Source: Curvularia clavata
Lineage: Eukaryota
Assembly: GCA_023920165.1 (NCBI GenBank)
Contig: CP089275.1
Location: forward strand, 5,270,001-5,334,000
Length of the DNA: 64,000 bases
Reading direction: 5' to 3'
Part shown: in pieces, positions 37,969-48,594 of the stretch
How positions within the stretch are numbered: the stretch's first letter is position 1
Layout: every line of letters begins with the position of its first letter
Made by a program: the position numbers and the translations under genes
Notes under the pieces: model-generated
The model's database searches: none
Told to the model about the DNA's origin: nothing
Seen by the model: the letters and a program-made list of their open reading frames with translations, nothing else

Positions 37969-39623
37969 ATGTCTTGCTGGCGCGTGCTGAGCCTTTCTGA
38001 GCAGGCAGACGGCAAACCCATCCCCCAGCTGCTCATCAAACCTGCCTTCTCCCTGGATTCATATGCTGTGCATCTTACAGATTTGAGTAACATATGGTCT
38101 GAAGAGCTTGCCCTGGATGATATTGTGGACCGAGCTTCTCAGGAGCAATCGCCAATCGAGGTCAGCAAGCAAGACCCGACGCAGCTTGCCATTCTTCTGG
38201 AGAACGTTGCGAAGCCTTTTAACAATGCAGATGGTGCAATGTGCCGTATGACCCGTAATGGAGACGACTGTATCACCCTGCATGCTAGCATCGCCCTTCC
38301 AGAGCCACTCGGGCATCTGACATGGAAATTTCACCTTCAGAAGCGCACGTCTACAGTCCTAAAAAACGAATTCATTCTCCCCCTTCTTGTATCCTCGCAT
38401 GTTCAGAATGAGCGCATCACTAGTCTCATTCAGACAATCAACAGCAAAGACAAGGCAATCAATCGACTGCTGGATCAGTTCGATTCCTACAACCTGGACT
38501 TGTCTGCCGCTTTCCCTAGCGTGGGTGGCATGAGGGCGGGAAGGCGAATGCTCACGCGTGAGCAAGCCGCAAAGCGTGTTCCCGCTCTGCAGCCTTTCCA
38601 CGAGAGTGCCTGGAGGCGAGACACTGCGCAGTTGAAAGACTCGGAACTGACCTCATTGGGTTTGTTCCAGGAAGCACTGGCCAAGAGTACACCAAAAGTT
38701 CCAGAACAGCTGAAATCGGAGAAGCTTGGAGCTTCCTGGTGGACCTCCGTACCGACTAAGCTGATTGCGCCAAAGGCTCCAGTGAGAGATACAGAGGAAC
38801 CTGCATTGCCTCTCAAGCCAGGGGACGTCTCAGAGTCGACTGAAGAAGAGACGGAAGACGAATTTGATACTCATGAAAATTTCAAAGTCAGTCGATAATC
38901 GAGTTCTGCTGCGTGCCATGACTGACTTTCGCGTAGACCCGTAACTTTGCCACTAAGTCTGCAGACCCCATGACGACGCGGAGACAGCAGTTCTCTGATG
39001 GGCACGAAAAAGATAAGAGTGATAGCACTGAAGATGAGGTTGACCTTGACGCCCCGTTAGGGAGCCAAATTCAACACCAAGTTCCAAACGCTTCACAGCC
39101 TTTGCGCCAAAAATCCATGTCTCCCATACCATCATCCCCACCCAGAGCAGCCGCATCATCTTCGGGCAAAGCCACAACTGGTGGTTTTCGTATTGGTGGA
39201 AGGCCGGGGAGGGCGTCGCCGTCTCCTCCGTCGGTGCGCGGTGACCTAGATGCAAGGTCCAAGCCCGATGATGTTCTGATAACGAGAGAATCAGTTCCTC
39301 CATCTCAAACGCAACCAGGGATTCCTGTGACACCTAAAAAGGCTAGAAAGCTCTTCAAAATCGGTGGGAAAGGAAAGGCTATTGATGCTGATCCTTCACA
39401 ACGTGCGACTACAGCCTCCCCAAGCAAAAACCGAATAAGGACCCGGTCTCCTACTGCGGGCCCACCATCATCACCACCATTAACCAAAGAAGTGACACCA
39501 GTCCAGGAAGTTGTTGAGGAAACACCAGAAGAAAAGGCGGAACGGAGGCGAACTGAACTTAAGCGAAGGAACGAAGAGGCAGCAAAGAAGCTGGCGCAAC
39601 AAAAGAAGAAGAAGAGGTTCTGA
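37969..39623 (+). CDS. XLF/Cernunnos (Nej1-like) non-homologous end-joining factor
   Basis: N-terminal XLF-type head (YAVHLTDLSNIWSEEL...LGHLTWKFHL...LPLL) followed by a coiled coil; intron 38887-38936 in frame; basic C-terminal tail KKKKRF. Confidence 0.8.
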
Positions 39624-39902
39624 AATACCCTATGCATGATTCAATCTGCTATATACACATGCGATAGTTTCTATAATAGTGACTCGCAGGACTCGTCGTA
39701 CCGTTTGATGCATTTGCCACCGTCCTGTTCACTTCCCAAGGCCATACTTTCTTTCATTAGGCGGCGTTTGCACGCGCGTTTGTTTACCGCTAAGCCTTTG
39801 GACCACGTGCAACTTACATCACCCTTGCCCTTGCGTCGAGTGCACTCTCTTGCTTCTGTTGCCATGCTGCATAGCCACTGTTGAGCTTTCCTGGAAACTA
39901 AA

Positions 39903-42900
39903 TTGGATAACGCCTACCCGACAACATGTGTATCTACCATTACTGCTATTTCTCAGCTTGCCGACACGGTCAACTTACCAGAATATCCTATTGCGACAAG
40001 ATACCAGTACCTGGTCCTCCTGTTCGGTAAGTGGTCTTGCAACTCAGTACTACCGACTCATCATGCTGACCCGCTCAGTGACCGCCGTTGGTACGAGGCG
40101 GATGCATACAGTATCGCCAGAGATCCACACGCTGTATCGTCTCCACATCAATCCATACCAAAGACCAACCAAAGTAGCTCACAGCGCGTGAATAATCAAC
40201 AACAGCACATTTCGCAGCATCATCATACAATGTTAACGGACCCGTTACTAGATGCTGGTCACCTGCCAGCTGTGCTCGCCATCCCCCAGAACCGAAACGA
40301 GGACACCAATGACGAACCTATCTCGAGTTCAGCAGCCGCTCTGATCGACGAAGAGCGTGCCAGGCGTGGGGACATGCTCCGTCAGGCTCGCACGCTGTTG
40401 GATAGCCAAGGTCTTGGTGACATCAACATCAATATTGCACAACCTTCGTTGCACATCGACACAGCTCATGATAGTAAGATTCCAGATCCAGTCACTCACC
40501 GTGGGCCATATGCATGGTGCTCTAACCTCTTCCAAGTTTCCTTCAACGATCCTCTCAGCGCATCTGGTTGCTCCGTCGATTCGAACTTGAGCTACAACAC
40601 CGGCTCTTCTTGGGAGCATATAGGCGAACGTACCGAGAAGGAACCCACAGAAGACCCAGTTGCACAGTCTCATTACAGTCCTCGCAAACCAATTCCCACA
40701 CACTGGCTTCCCAGAGCCACTAGTCCGAAACTTGCGACAGCTCAACGCGCAAAAGAACGTGTAAAAAAGAATGGTTCCGAGAGCGGCTCCCCGGATATTC
40801 CAAAGATTTTCCGTGTCACACAGAGCTCCAAGGACTTGGGCAGAATGCATAGCAGGGCTGGTGGAACGTATCTGACAAAGGAGGCATTGGCTGCTGTTGA
40901 ACCAACAAGAACGCCACTTGTATCCCCTAAATGTCCTGTCAAAACCTCTGGTCCTTCGAAGCCAGCCTGGAATAGCCCTGTAACGCCACTACGTGGTGTT
41001 ACGCATAAGCAGTCCGGGGCCTCCCTCAAACTGTCGCCCACCAAATCGCTTCACTTTGCCACAAACTCAGTGAAAGCGGGTCATTCGCAAGGACTGAGCA
41101 ATGTCACTACCGCTTCCAGCAAGAGCACGTATCATGATGCGGTTGAATCGCCTGTAAGGAGCCCTACAAGCTCAGAACAAAGTTTCTGGTCCGCTGTAGA
41201 GAATCTTGAAGGCTTTGACCTGCATTTACGTGACTCGAATGCTGATAGTGATCATGAGCAGGGTTCCCGGAATGTGAATACCGCGTCTGTATTGCGTTCA
41301 AAGGCTGTGAGTGAAAGCCAAGCGACGTTGTCAAGGGCGAAGGTTGCTCTCCGTATCTCCATTCCAAGTACGGACATCAGCCATGATCACGACTCTGGAG
41401 AGATACCAGAAGAATTCCGACATGATTCCCGAGGCAATGATTCATTGGTCCTGGGTTCACTTAAAGATACGTTGAGCATTCCAAGAGTGAGCCCCACAAC
41501 CAAGCATCCGACCTCATCTCACATTCCCGCACTGCAAGGAGCAAAGCCAATGTAAGTTCAAAAGCGATAAAACCCCTTATAACATTTTCACACAATCGAA
41601 TCAACGGTATTCATCTATCAGCACCAATTCTGATATGTCATATAGTCGTGAGAATGAGAATACTAGCCCCAAACCCACCAGGTTTCACAAGCTGGATGCA
41701 GGTCTTGAGACAAGGGAAGGCAAGAAGAAATCCAGCATATCTTCGCAAGATCAACAGGTAAAACACACACATTTACATGTACGGTCCGAATTGAAAGATC
41801 TCGCGCATATCGAAGCCGGTCAGCACAACGAAGATGATCGCGACCCTGAATCCAAATCAACCGAGGTATACGAACGTTCCATCTCCCTTTCGAAAGCTTT
41901 ACGGGATTCCGAATCTTTTCGTCAAACTCCCAGGAACTCTGAGAGAGGATTTCGAGATGTCGCTGACCCAATCCTCATGGATCCCGCGATGATCTACAGC
42001 CGTAAAAAGGCCGACAATCATGGTGAGATTCTTTTACATTGGTTCGAATGGATTTGATGTTGATCATGGCATTCTTGTTCAAGATACAGAAAGTACTCAT
42101 CCTGCTATAACCTCCGACAGCGCCTCTACTACGACCCAGAAGCATGCCGTTGTCAATGAACATGCCGAACCTATACAAGGAACAGGCGAGGATCATCCTC
42201 CCGGCCCTCACGCCAAAACCGACCAAGAAAAGCGAGTGCACCCTAGCGTAGGCTCTGATCTCCGTGCGACCGCTACTGAGTTTATACCAAGTCTCACACC
42301 TGCATCTGGTTCAATGGAGCTCGCGCCCGAGCTTGTACCTTTAGCCTCTCTTCAGGATGTACCTGGCCTGCCAAACATGACGGTGCTCGATAGACACGGT
42401 ATACCATTTCTCTGGTACATGTACGGCATTCAGTTTGCGTACGAACAAGGTGTTCGGAGTGGTCGGCCCAAGTCACCTCGGAAGTTCAAGCCAAAAAAAC
42501 TACGCAGCTCTGAATTGTGGACTGGTGAGCCTCCACATGCTCGCTCTCACGAGAATTGGAATGTTTCAACGGGACCAAGAACATTCCACCCTGGAGCACT
42601 AAGGCAGCAACAGTCTGTTGCTGAGCTTCCGTCGCTTCACGATGGAGATGCTCAATGTCTGTACCGGATTGATGATCAAGCAGGTATTCAAGCCAATTCT
42701 CACATTCAAATGCCGCCACATGACGCCGAGAGTACTGCGGCGGATCATTCTTTTGCGCGCCAATTCGATAAGATCGCTGGATACACATCTATGAGCCGCA
42801 ACAAGAGCAACAGCCTTCCTCGTCACTACAACATTGATTTTTCCAAGATTCAGAACACTGGTTTTCCTATGGATCCACTCAAAACTCAACCTCCTGTTCA

Positions 42901-43186
42901 CCATTCCTTTCCTCGACAGCAGTATCGTAAAGACCGTCATTCCAGAAATGGTCTGTATGGCGGCCGAGGCAATCCTGCTGGCATCCCCATAGGCGCCACT
43001 GCACCGTTTCCGAACCCGGTACCTCCACAAGGTCGTCCAGAGCAGAGCCAATCTCAGTCTGGAATGATGATGGACCCTTCTGGATATTCGATTGGCAGTG
43101 AGGCGTGCGGTATGATTGACATAACCTGTGCAACCGAACTTATTGGTGGAGGGGTATGCAACGCGTGTGATCCCAATCATCACTAG
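39903..43186 (+). CDS. Large, mostly disordered hypothetical protein with PAM2-like motif and C-terminal Cys/His cluster
   Basis: Three consecutive + ORFs joinable by candidate introns ~41552-41621 and ~42023-42082. DLRATATEFIP motif; ends CGMIDITC...CNACDPNHH. Start codon uncertain. Confidence 0.6.
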
Positions 43187-43880
43187 TTGCTTCTGGATTA
43201 TTGTGAAGCCGGGAAGGCTGGAGAGGAGTCGCATAGAGTGTTGGACATGTGATCAGTTTGTGTTCACAATGTCGGAGAGCAAGGAGGCTTGTATTTGGTA
43301 TCGCGCTTTACATGGCTTTTCGTTGTACCTTGCGCAAGTCATGTTTACATAACGACATGGATTGGAAGAGAAGGACGACGGAATTGTTTTGTTAGTAAGT
43401 CAGACGAGTATAGATTAGTAAAAACTTCCGATATGAAAACTGCTGGTTTGTTCGGCATCTCTAGTGATGGCGAATCGGCGAACCGGCGAGCTGTCCAAGG
43501 GTGGGACCTCGGTGTTTTGCCTGACTAATCAACTAGTGGGCCTCCAGAACAAAACCCGCCGCAACGCCGCCATCTTCTCTTCTTTTTCCATATAGAAAGT
43601 TGCACCCACGAAATTTGACCTCACTCTTTGCTCCTCCATAAGATTGAAGTTGACAATAGCTGGGGAGAACGAATTCTTTGCTCCCAAGAACTGCCTGCCC
43701 CTACCGCATGGGCTGACGGTCCCGTAGCTCCGAGACATTCCATCATAAAATTTTCATCATTGATACGCAGCCTTTTTGCGTCGAACGGTTCCGATACGCA
43801 TACGAACGGACGGCGCGATGGATGCATGAACGCTCTCAAAGCGATAAATTAGGTCGCTTTTGAGAGCGCCGCATAATCAC

Positions 43881-44714
43881 ATGGCTCGTAAATCAAAGGC
43901 GATTGACCACATGGTCAATCGCATGAGCAAATTGCGCCTGGTCGACGAGCAGGCTGCATCGACTCAAGCTTCCAAGCAACCCAAACAACCCATACATGAG
44001 GAGCGTAGTAACGATGATGAAAAGGTCAAGCAACAGCCTTTCCGTTTCTTTGACCTCCCGTACGAGTTGCGACTGCGCGTGTACGAGGAGCTTCTCATCT
44101 TTCCCAAGACGATCGATCTCGAACCTTCGAATTATTCCACCGTCGCCCCCGCCCTTCGCCTATACCTCGTAAACCGTCGCATGCATGAGGAGGCAGCTCG
44201 TGTCTTCTACAGCCGCAACACCTTTCGCGTCTTCCCGATTCATGGTCGCTATATCAACCGCAAGCATCCACTACTTGCATGGTTCCCACAAAAATATCGC
44301 GCACTCCTTACGCGGTTGGAGCTGCGCTTGGGCCCCGGCTTCACGAAACCGCCGAAATGCTGGGTCGTGGATAGCCGCCTAGGCCTTGCAGCGGCGAAGA
44401 AGGTATACCGCTTGAAGATCTTTGTAGAAATTGATCCTGCGTCGAATGAGATATTTGAGGGTTTTCGTGTTGGGAACGATTTCTATACCGAATACTGTGT
44501 TGGCTTGCTGAGAGGCTTGCTTGCACAGGTACCGTCAATCAACGATGTTGAGTTTGATGCGTACCCAAGCGTGTCCAAGTCGAGTCCGCTGTTGGCGGGC
44601 TTGGTCGAGGAGACGAGGCTTAACCAGAAGCGCATAACCTGGGGCCCTGAGAGGGGCTGGGACAAGATTGTCGGGGACGATCTAGCAAACGTGCTACAGA
44701 AGATGGGACTGTAG
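43881..44714 (+). CDS. F-box-like domain protein
   Basis: QPFRFFDLPYELRLRVYEELL...NRRMHEEAARVFYSRNTF, a common fungal F-box-like N-terminal signature. Confidence 0.75.
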   Translation: MARKSKAIDHMVNRMSKLRLVDEQAASTQASKQPKQPIHEERSNDDEKVKQQPFRFFDLPYELRLRVYEELLIFPKTIDLEPSNYSTVAPALRLYLVNRRMHEEAARVFYSRNTFRVFPIHGRYINRKHPLLAWFPQKYRALLTRLELRLGPGFTKPPKCWVVDSRLGLAAAKKVYRLKIFVEIDPASNEIFEGFRVGNDFYTEYCVGLLRGLLAQVPSINDVEFDAYPSVSKSSPLLAGLVEETRLNQKRITWGPERGWDKIVGDDLANVLQKMGL

Positions 44715-45392
44715 CTTTGAGCCTGAACGACTCAATTCGTCTCCATCCTCTGTAAGCGTATGCATTATGGTAAGATTTATAAGATTCATGTATGTTTATA
44801 TAATGTCAATCCCTGTGACCCAGGACGCACCCTTGCACAATCAGCTTCCAGTTTTCCCACCTAGAGATACCTTGGTACATGCACAGTCGGATGGTGATTG
44901 GTCTTTATTCGAATACTCACTAACTATCCCACTGATTCGCCACACAATCGCGCAGAGCCTTTATTGTTAGTTCCACCTGTCTTGATGCGGATTAAGATTA
45001 AAGCAGTATAGATGTAGCATGATTCTACAATCGACTTTTGCAGAAAAGTCCTAAAGATGCAGCTACTACTGCAATATAACACTCTGAAATCCACTATGTT
45101 ATCAATGGCCATAGCATTATAACATAAGCAGCGATTCCTTCAGCCTGATATCGATAATATTTTGCTACTTAGCATAGCCATGATTGTTCGGGCTGCTTGT
45201 TGGTCAGTGCACAACGTTGCGATTGGCTGTTGCTTCTCTGCTCCTATGTACCTACAACTTAAACAAACCAGTGGTCCATCACGCCAGAAGCCGTCAAAGC
45301 CTACCTCATCACAATATAAGTTTCTTACATCTCATCTTTCCCCCAATATCCTGCAGTCTTTATAGACCACCTCATCCATCAATACGGTCCCG

Positions 45393-48008
45393 ATGCGCCT
45401 TCTACAAATTCAAAGTGGCGGCAAGTTCAGCCTTGTGGAACGCGTAGGCAACGACATCCCCCAGTATGCTATTCTTTCGCACACATGGGGTCCTAGTAGT
45501 GAAGAGGTTTCGTTTCAAGACTTGCAAAATGGAACAGGTGAGAGCAAAAAAGGTTATCGTAAGCTCGTCTTCTGTAGCAAAGAAGCTGCTCGCAATGGTT
45601 TGGAGTACTTTTGGGTTGACACTTGCTGCATCGACAAGACAAGTAGTGCAGAGTTGTCGGAGGCGATCAACTCCATGTATCGGTGGTACCAGGAAGCCAG
45701 TGTGTGTTATGCGTACTTAGCAGACGTGCCGTCCGAGAGGCCCTTTCCGAGAAGCAGGTGGTTCACTCGAGGATGGACTCTTCAAGAACTAATAGCTCCG
45801 CCTGAAATGGTCTTCTTTGATGAGAGTTGGGAGTCACTAGGTGAAAGGAGGACTCTGTTCAAGGTCATATCTGAATGTACGGGGATTTCAACAAATGTGC
45901 TTCTAGACAGAAATCATCTGGACACATGCAGCGTTGCACAAAAGATGTCATGGGCCGCAAAAAGAGAGACAACCAGGATTGAAGACCAGGCTTACTGCAT
46001 GCTGGGTATATTCGAAATCAACATGCCGCTAATATACGGAGAAGGAGAGAACGCGTTCATCAGGCTTCAAGAAGAGATCATGAAGGTGACAGACGATCAT
46101 AGCCTGTTCGCATGGCGATCTTCGGATAACCGCGGCGGCTGTCTGGCCACGTCGCCTGCCTCGTTTCTCGATTCCTCTAATGTTGTTCAGTCAAACTTCT
46201 CGGGTACCTACTACGACCCTCCGGTTGTGAGTAGTAGAGGCATTCACCTAGAGCTTCGTTTTGTGGGTAGTGGATTCGGTGGTCTGGGCTTTGCAATACT
46301 CAATTGTTGCGAAAAAGGAAGAGACAACGAGCCTATCGCGATTCATGTAAGGGACACCGACCTCACGATGAGGCGATTCGAGAGGATCCAATGCGGAGCA
46401 TATGCCCAAATCGATCTTCGAACACTCGACCCGTCACAATGTCCAATGAGAAGATTGTGTATCTGCAAAGGCCGTACAACGCGCAGAAAAGACCAATCTG
46501 AAGTGCAGGATGACACGTATTCAGCACACATCGACCTACAAACACTTTCAAAGGGATCGATTAGAATGAATCCTATCGAAGCACTATTTGCTGCAGCCAG
46601 AACGGGGACCAAAGAAGAAGTTTGGTTGCTATTGACAAGAGAAGACGTCGATATAAATTCAAAAGACTTTGAAGGGCAAACTATCTTGTCTTGCGCGGCG
46701 CAAGCTGGCAATGAGGAAGTTTTTAGTATGCTTTTAAGGCGGATGGATGGTCAGGTCAATGCCAGTGATAAACTCGGTCGCACAGCGCTCATCTGGGCAT
46801 CAATGCATGGATATGAGGCAATGGTCAAGCTACTACTCAACACAAGCAAAGTTGATGTTAACGTAAAGGACGAAAAAGGACGAACGCCAGTATCATGGGC
46901 TGCAGAGAACGGACACGAGATAGTAGCTAAGCTGCTGCTTGGTACCAACAAAGTCAGCGTTGACACCAAAGATGAGACAGGGCGGACACCGTTATCTTGG
47001 GCCGCAGGGAATGGACATGTGGCAGTAGCTAAGCTGCTCCTTAGTACAAGAAAAGTCGATGTCAACACAAAGGATAGGGAGGGCCGCGCACCAGTAGTTT
47101 TGGCGGCAACTCATGAACATACAGCTATGGTCAAACTTCTTCTTTCAACAGGTGAAGTTGACGTTGATATAAAGACTGAAAAAGGTCGGCCACTGCTAGT
47201 ATGGGCAGCAATCTATGGACATAAGACATTAGTCAGGCTACTACTCAGCACAAACAAGGTCAGCGTTGACGTCAAAGATGAGACAGGGCGGACACCGTTA
47301 TCTTGGGCCGCAGGGAATGGACATGTGGCAGTAGCCAAGCTACTCCTTAGTACAAGCAAAGCCGAGGTCAACACAACTGATTGTGATGGACGGACGCCGT
47401 TGTCTTGGGCTGCAGCTGGTGGCCACGAGGCTATAGTCAAGTTATTACTCAGTACAGACAGAATCATCGACAACGCAGTGGATAAGCATAGACGAACACC
47501 GATATTATGGGCAGCAGCGAACGGATACGAGGCAGTGGTTGAATCGCTGCTTAGTACAAGCAAAGACGATTTCAACACAACTGATTGTGACGGGCGGACG
47601 CCTTTGTATTGGGCTGTAAGGAATGGACATGAGGCAGTAGTCAAGCTGATCCTTACTACCAGCAAAGAAGATGTCAACACAACTGATTGTGATGGACGGA
47701 CGCCGTTGTCTTGGGCCGCAGGGAATGGACATGATGCAGTAACCAAGCTGCTCCTTGATATAAGCAAAGCCGATGTCAACATAACTGATTGTTATGGACG
47801 GACGCCATTGTCTTGGGCTGCAGCTCGTGGCCACGAGGCTACCGTTGAGCTGCTACTAAGCAGACCTGATATTAGAATCAATTTGGTTGACAAGCACGGA
47901 CATACACCGCTATCTTGGACTGTAGTAAACGGACATGCAGCTGTGTTTGCACTGTTGGATAGCACGGAGAAGACAAAAGTCAAACGCCGAAATCGTTGGT
48001 GGAGCTGA
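45393..48008 (+). CDS. HET-domain + ankyrin-repeat protein (no NACHT/NB-ARC)
   Basis: Intronless 871 aa; YAILSHTW, WVDTCCIDKTSSAELSEAINSM, SRWFTRGWTLQEL, RETTRIEDQAYCMLGIF; ~14 ankyrin repeats; no P-loop motif seen. Confidence 0.93.
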   Translation: MRLLQIQSGGKFSLVERVGNDIPQYAILSHTWGPSSEEVSFQDLQNGTGESKKGYRKLVFCSKEAARNGLEYFWVDTCCIDKTSSAELSEAINSMYRWYQEASVCYAYLADVPSERPFPRSRWFTRGWTLQELIAPPEMVFFDESWESLGERRTLFKVISECTGISTNVLLDRNHLDTCSVAQKMSWAAKRETTRIEDQAYCMLGIFEINMPLIYGEGENAFIRLQEEIMKVTDDHSLFAWRSSDNRGGCLATSPASFLDSSNVVQSNFSGTYYDPPVVSSRGIHLELRFVGSGFGGLGFAILNCCEKGRDNEPIAIHVRDTDLTMRRFERIQCGAYAQIDLRTLDPSQCPMRRLCICKGRTTRRKDQSEVQDDTYSAHIDLQTLSKGSIRMNPIEALFAAARTGTKEEVWLLLTREDVDINSKDFEGQTILSCAAQAGNEEVFSMLLRRMDGQVNASDKLGRTALIWASMHGYEAMVKLLLNTSKVDVNVKDEKGRTPVSWAAENGHEIVAKLLLGTNKVSVDTKDETGRTPLSWAAGNGHVAVAKLLLSTRKVDVNTKDREGRAPVVLAATHEHTAMVKLLLSTGEVDVDIKTEKGRPLLVWAAIYGHKTLVRLLLSTNKVSVDVKDETGRTPLSWAAGNGHVAVAKLLLSTSKAEVNTTDCDGRTPLSWAAAGGHEAIVKLLLSTDRIIDNAVDKHRRTPILWAAANGYEAVVESLLSTSKDDFNTTDCDGRTPLYWAVRNGHEAVVKLILTTSKEDVNTTDCDGRTPLSWAAGNGHDAVTKLLLDISKADVNITDCYGRTPLSWAAARGHEATVELLLSRPDIRINLVDKHGHTPLSWTVVNGHAAVFALLDSTEKTKVKRRNRWWS
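46575..47970 (+). repeat. ~14 tandem 102-bp ankyrin repeats with near-identical internal copies
   Basis: GRTPLSWAAxNGHxxVxKLLL consensus; a ~80-nt block at ~46968 recurs almost exactly at ~47274 (306 bp = 3 units). Confidence 0.9.
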
Positions 48009-48442
48009 ACGGACACACTGCGATAGTCAGGTGGTTGATTGACTAATGCGTTGGAATATGGCAACCAGTTCTCTTTGTATGATATACTAGCTATTTCCAG
48101 TGCTAATTAATTAGTAAGATTTGGCACCGTCTGAGTAGCTACCTTAAGACTCATTTAACGAATGTCACATTGTTATACTAGGTTCATGGTACATTCACTT
48201 TCTCACTGTTACTGGTCCTTGCTTGAGCGAATCGTAAGGTCTTCATTCCCATGTTCTTTTTTTTTCATATTTTTAGGAGGAATGCGACACAGCGACCGCA
48301 CGGCACCAACAACAGACGAAGCCAGAAAGAGCTGTAGACGCAAATGTTTAAAGAACTAACATACATCCCTTTATAATGGGACAACCGCCTTAACATATGA
48401 AATTATAGATGAGTTATTGTTAGAGTAATATTATAGCGTAGA

Positions 48443-48555
48443 ACGTACCCCACGGGCAAATCGCCTACGTAGACGAGTTGCCCACCTTTGCCATGCCCTT
48501 ACTAGAACACCTGATCTACTCTAATATTATAATAACAATAGCATATAGAGGAGCA
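48443..48555 (+). mobile_element. Probable RIP-mutated 5' end (TIR relic) of a Fot1/pogo-like DNA transposon
   Basis: ACGTACCCCACGGG start, internal imperfect direct repeat (gggcaaatcgccta / agacgagttgccca), then CTTTGCC and TpA-rich sequence. Resembles Fot1-family ends from memory only; no partner TIR, TA target site or transposase was found. Confidence 0.4.
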
Positions 48556-48594
48556 CTTCTGATATCCAGCCGGATATATCAAGATAGTGAATTA

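Noticed and set aside
47213..47834. Repetitive minus-strand ORFs
   Set aside because: Antisense reading of the ankyrin repeats.
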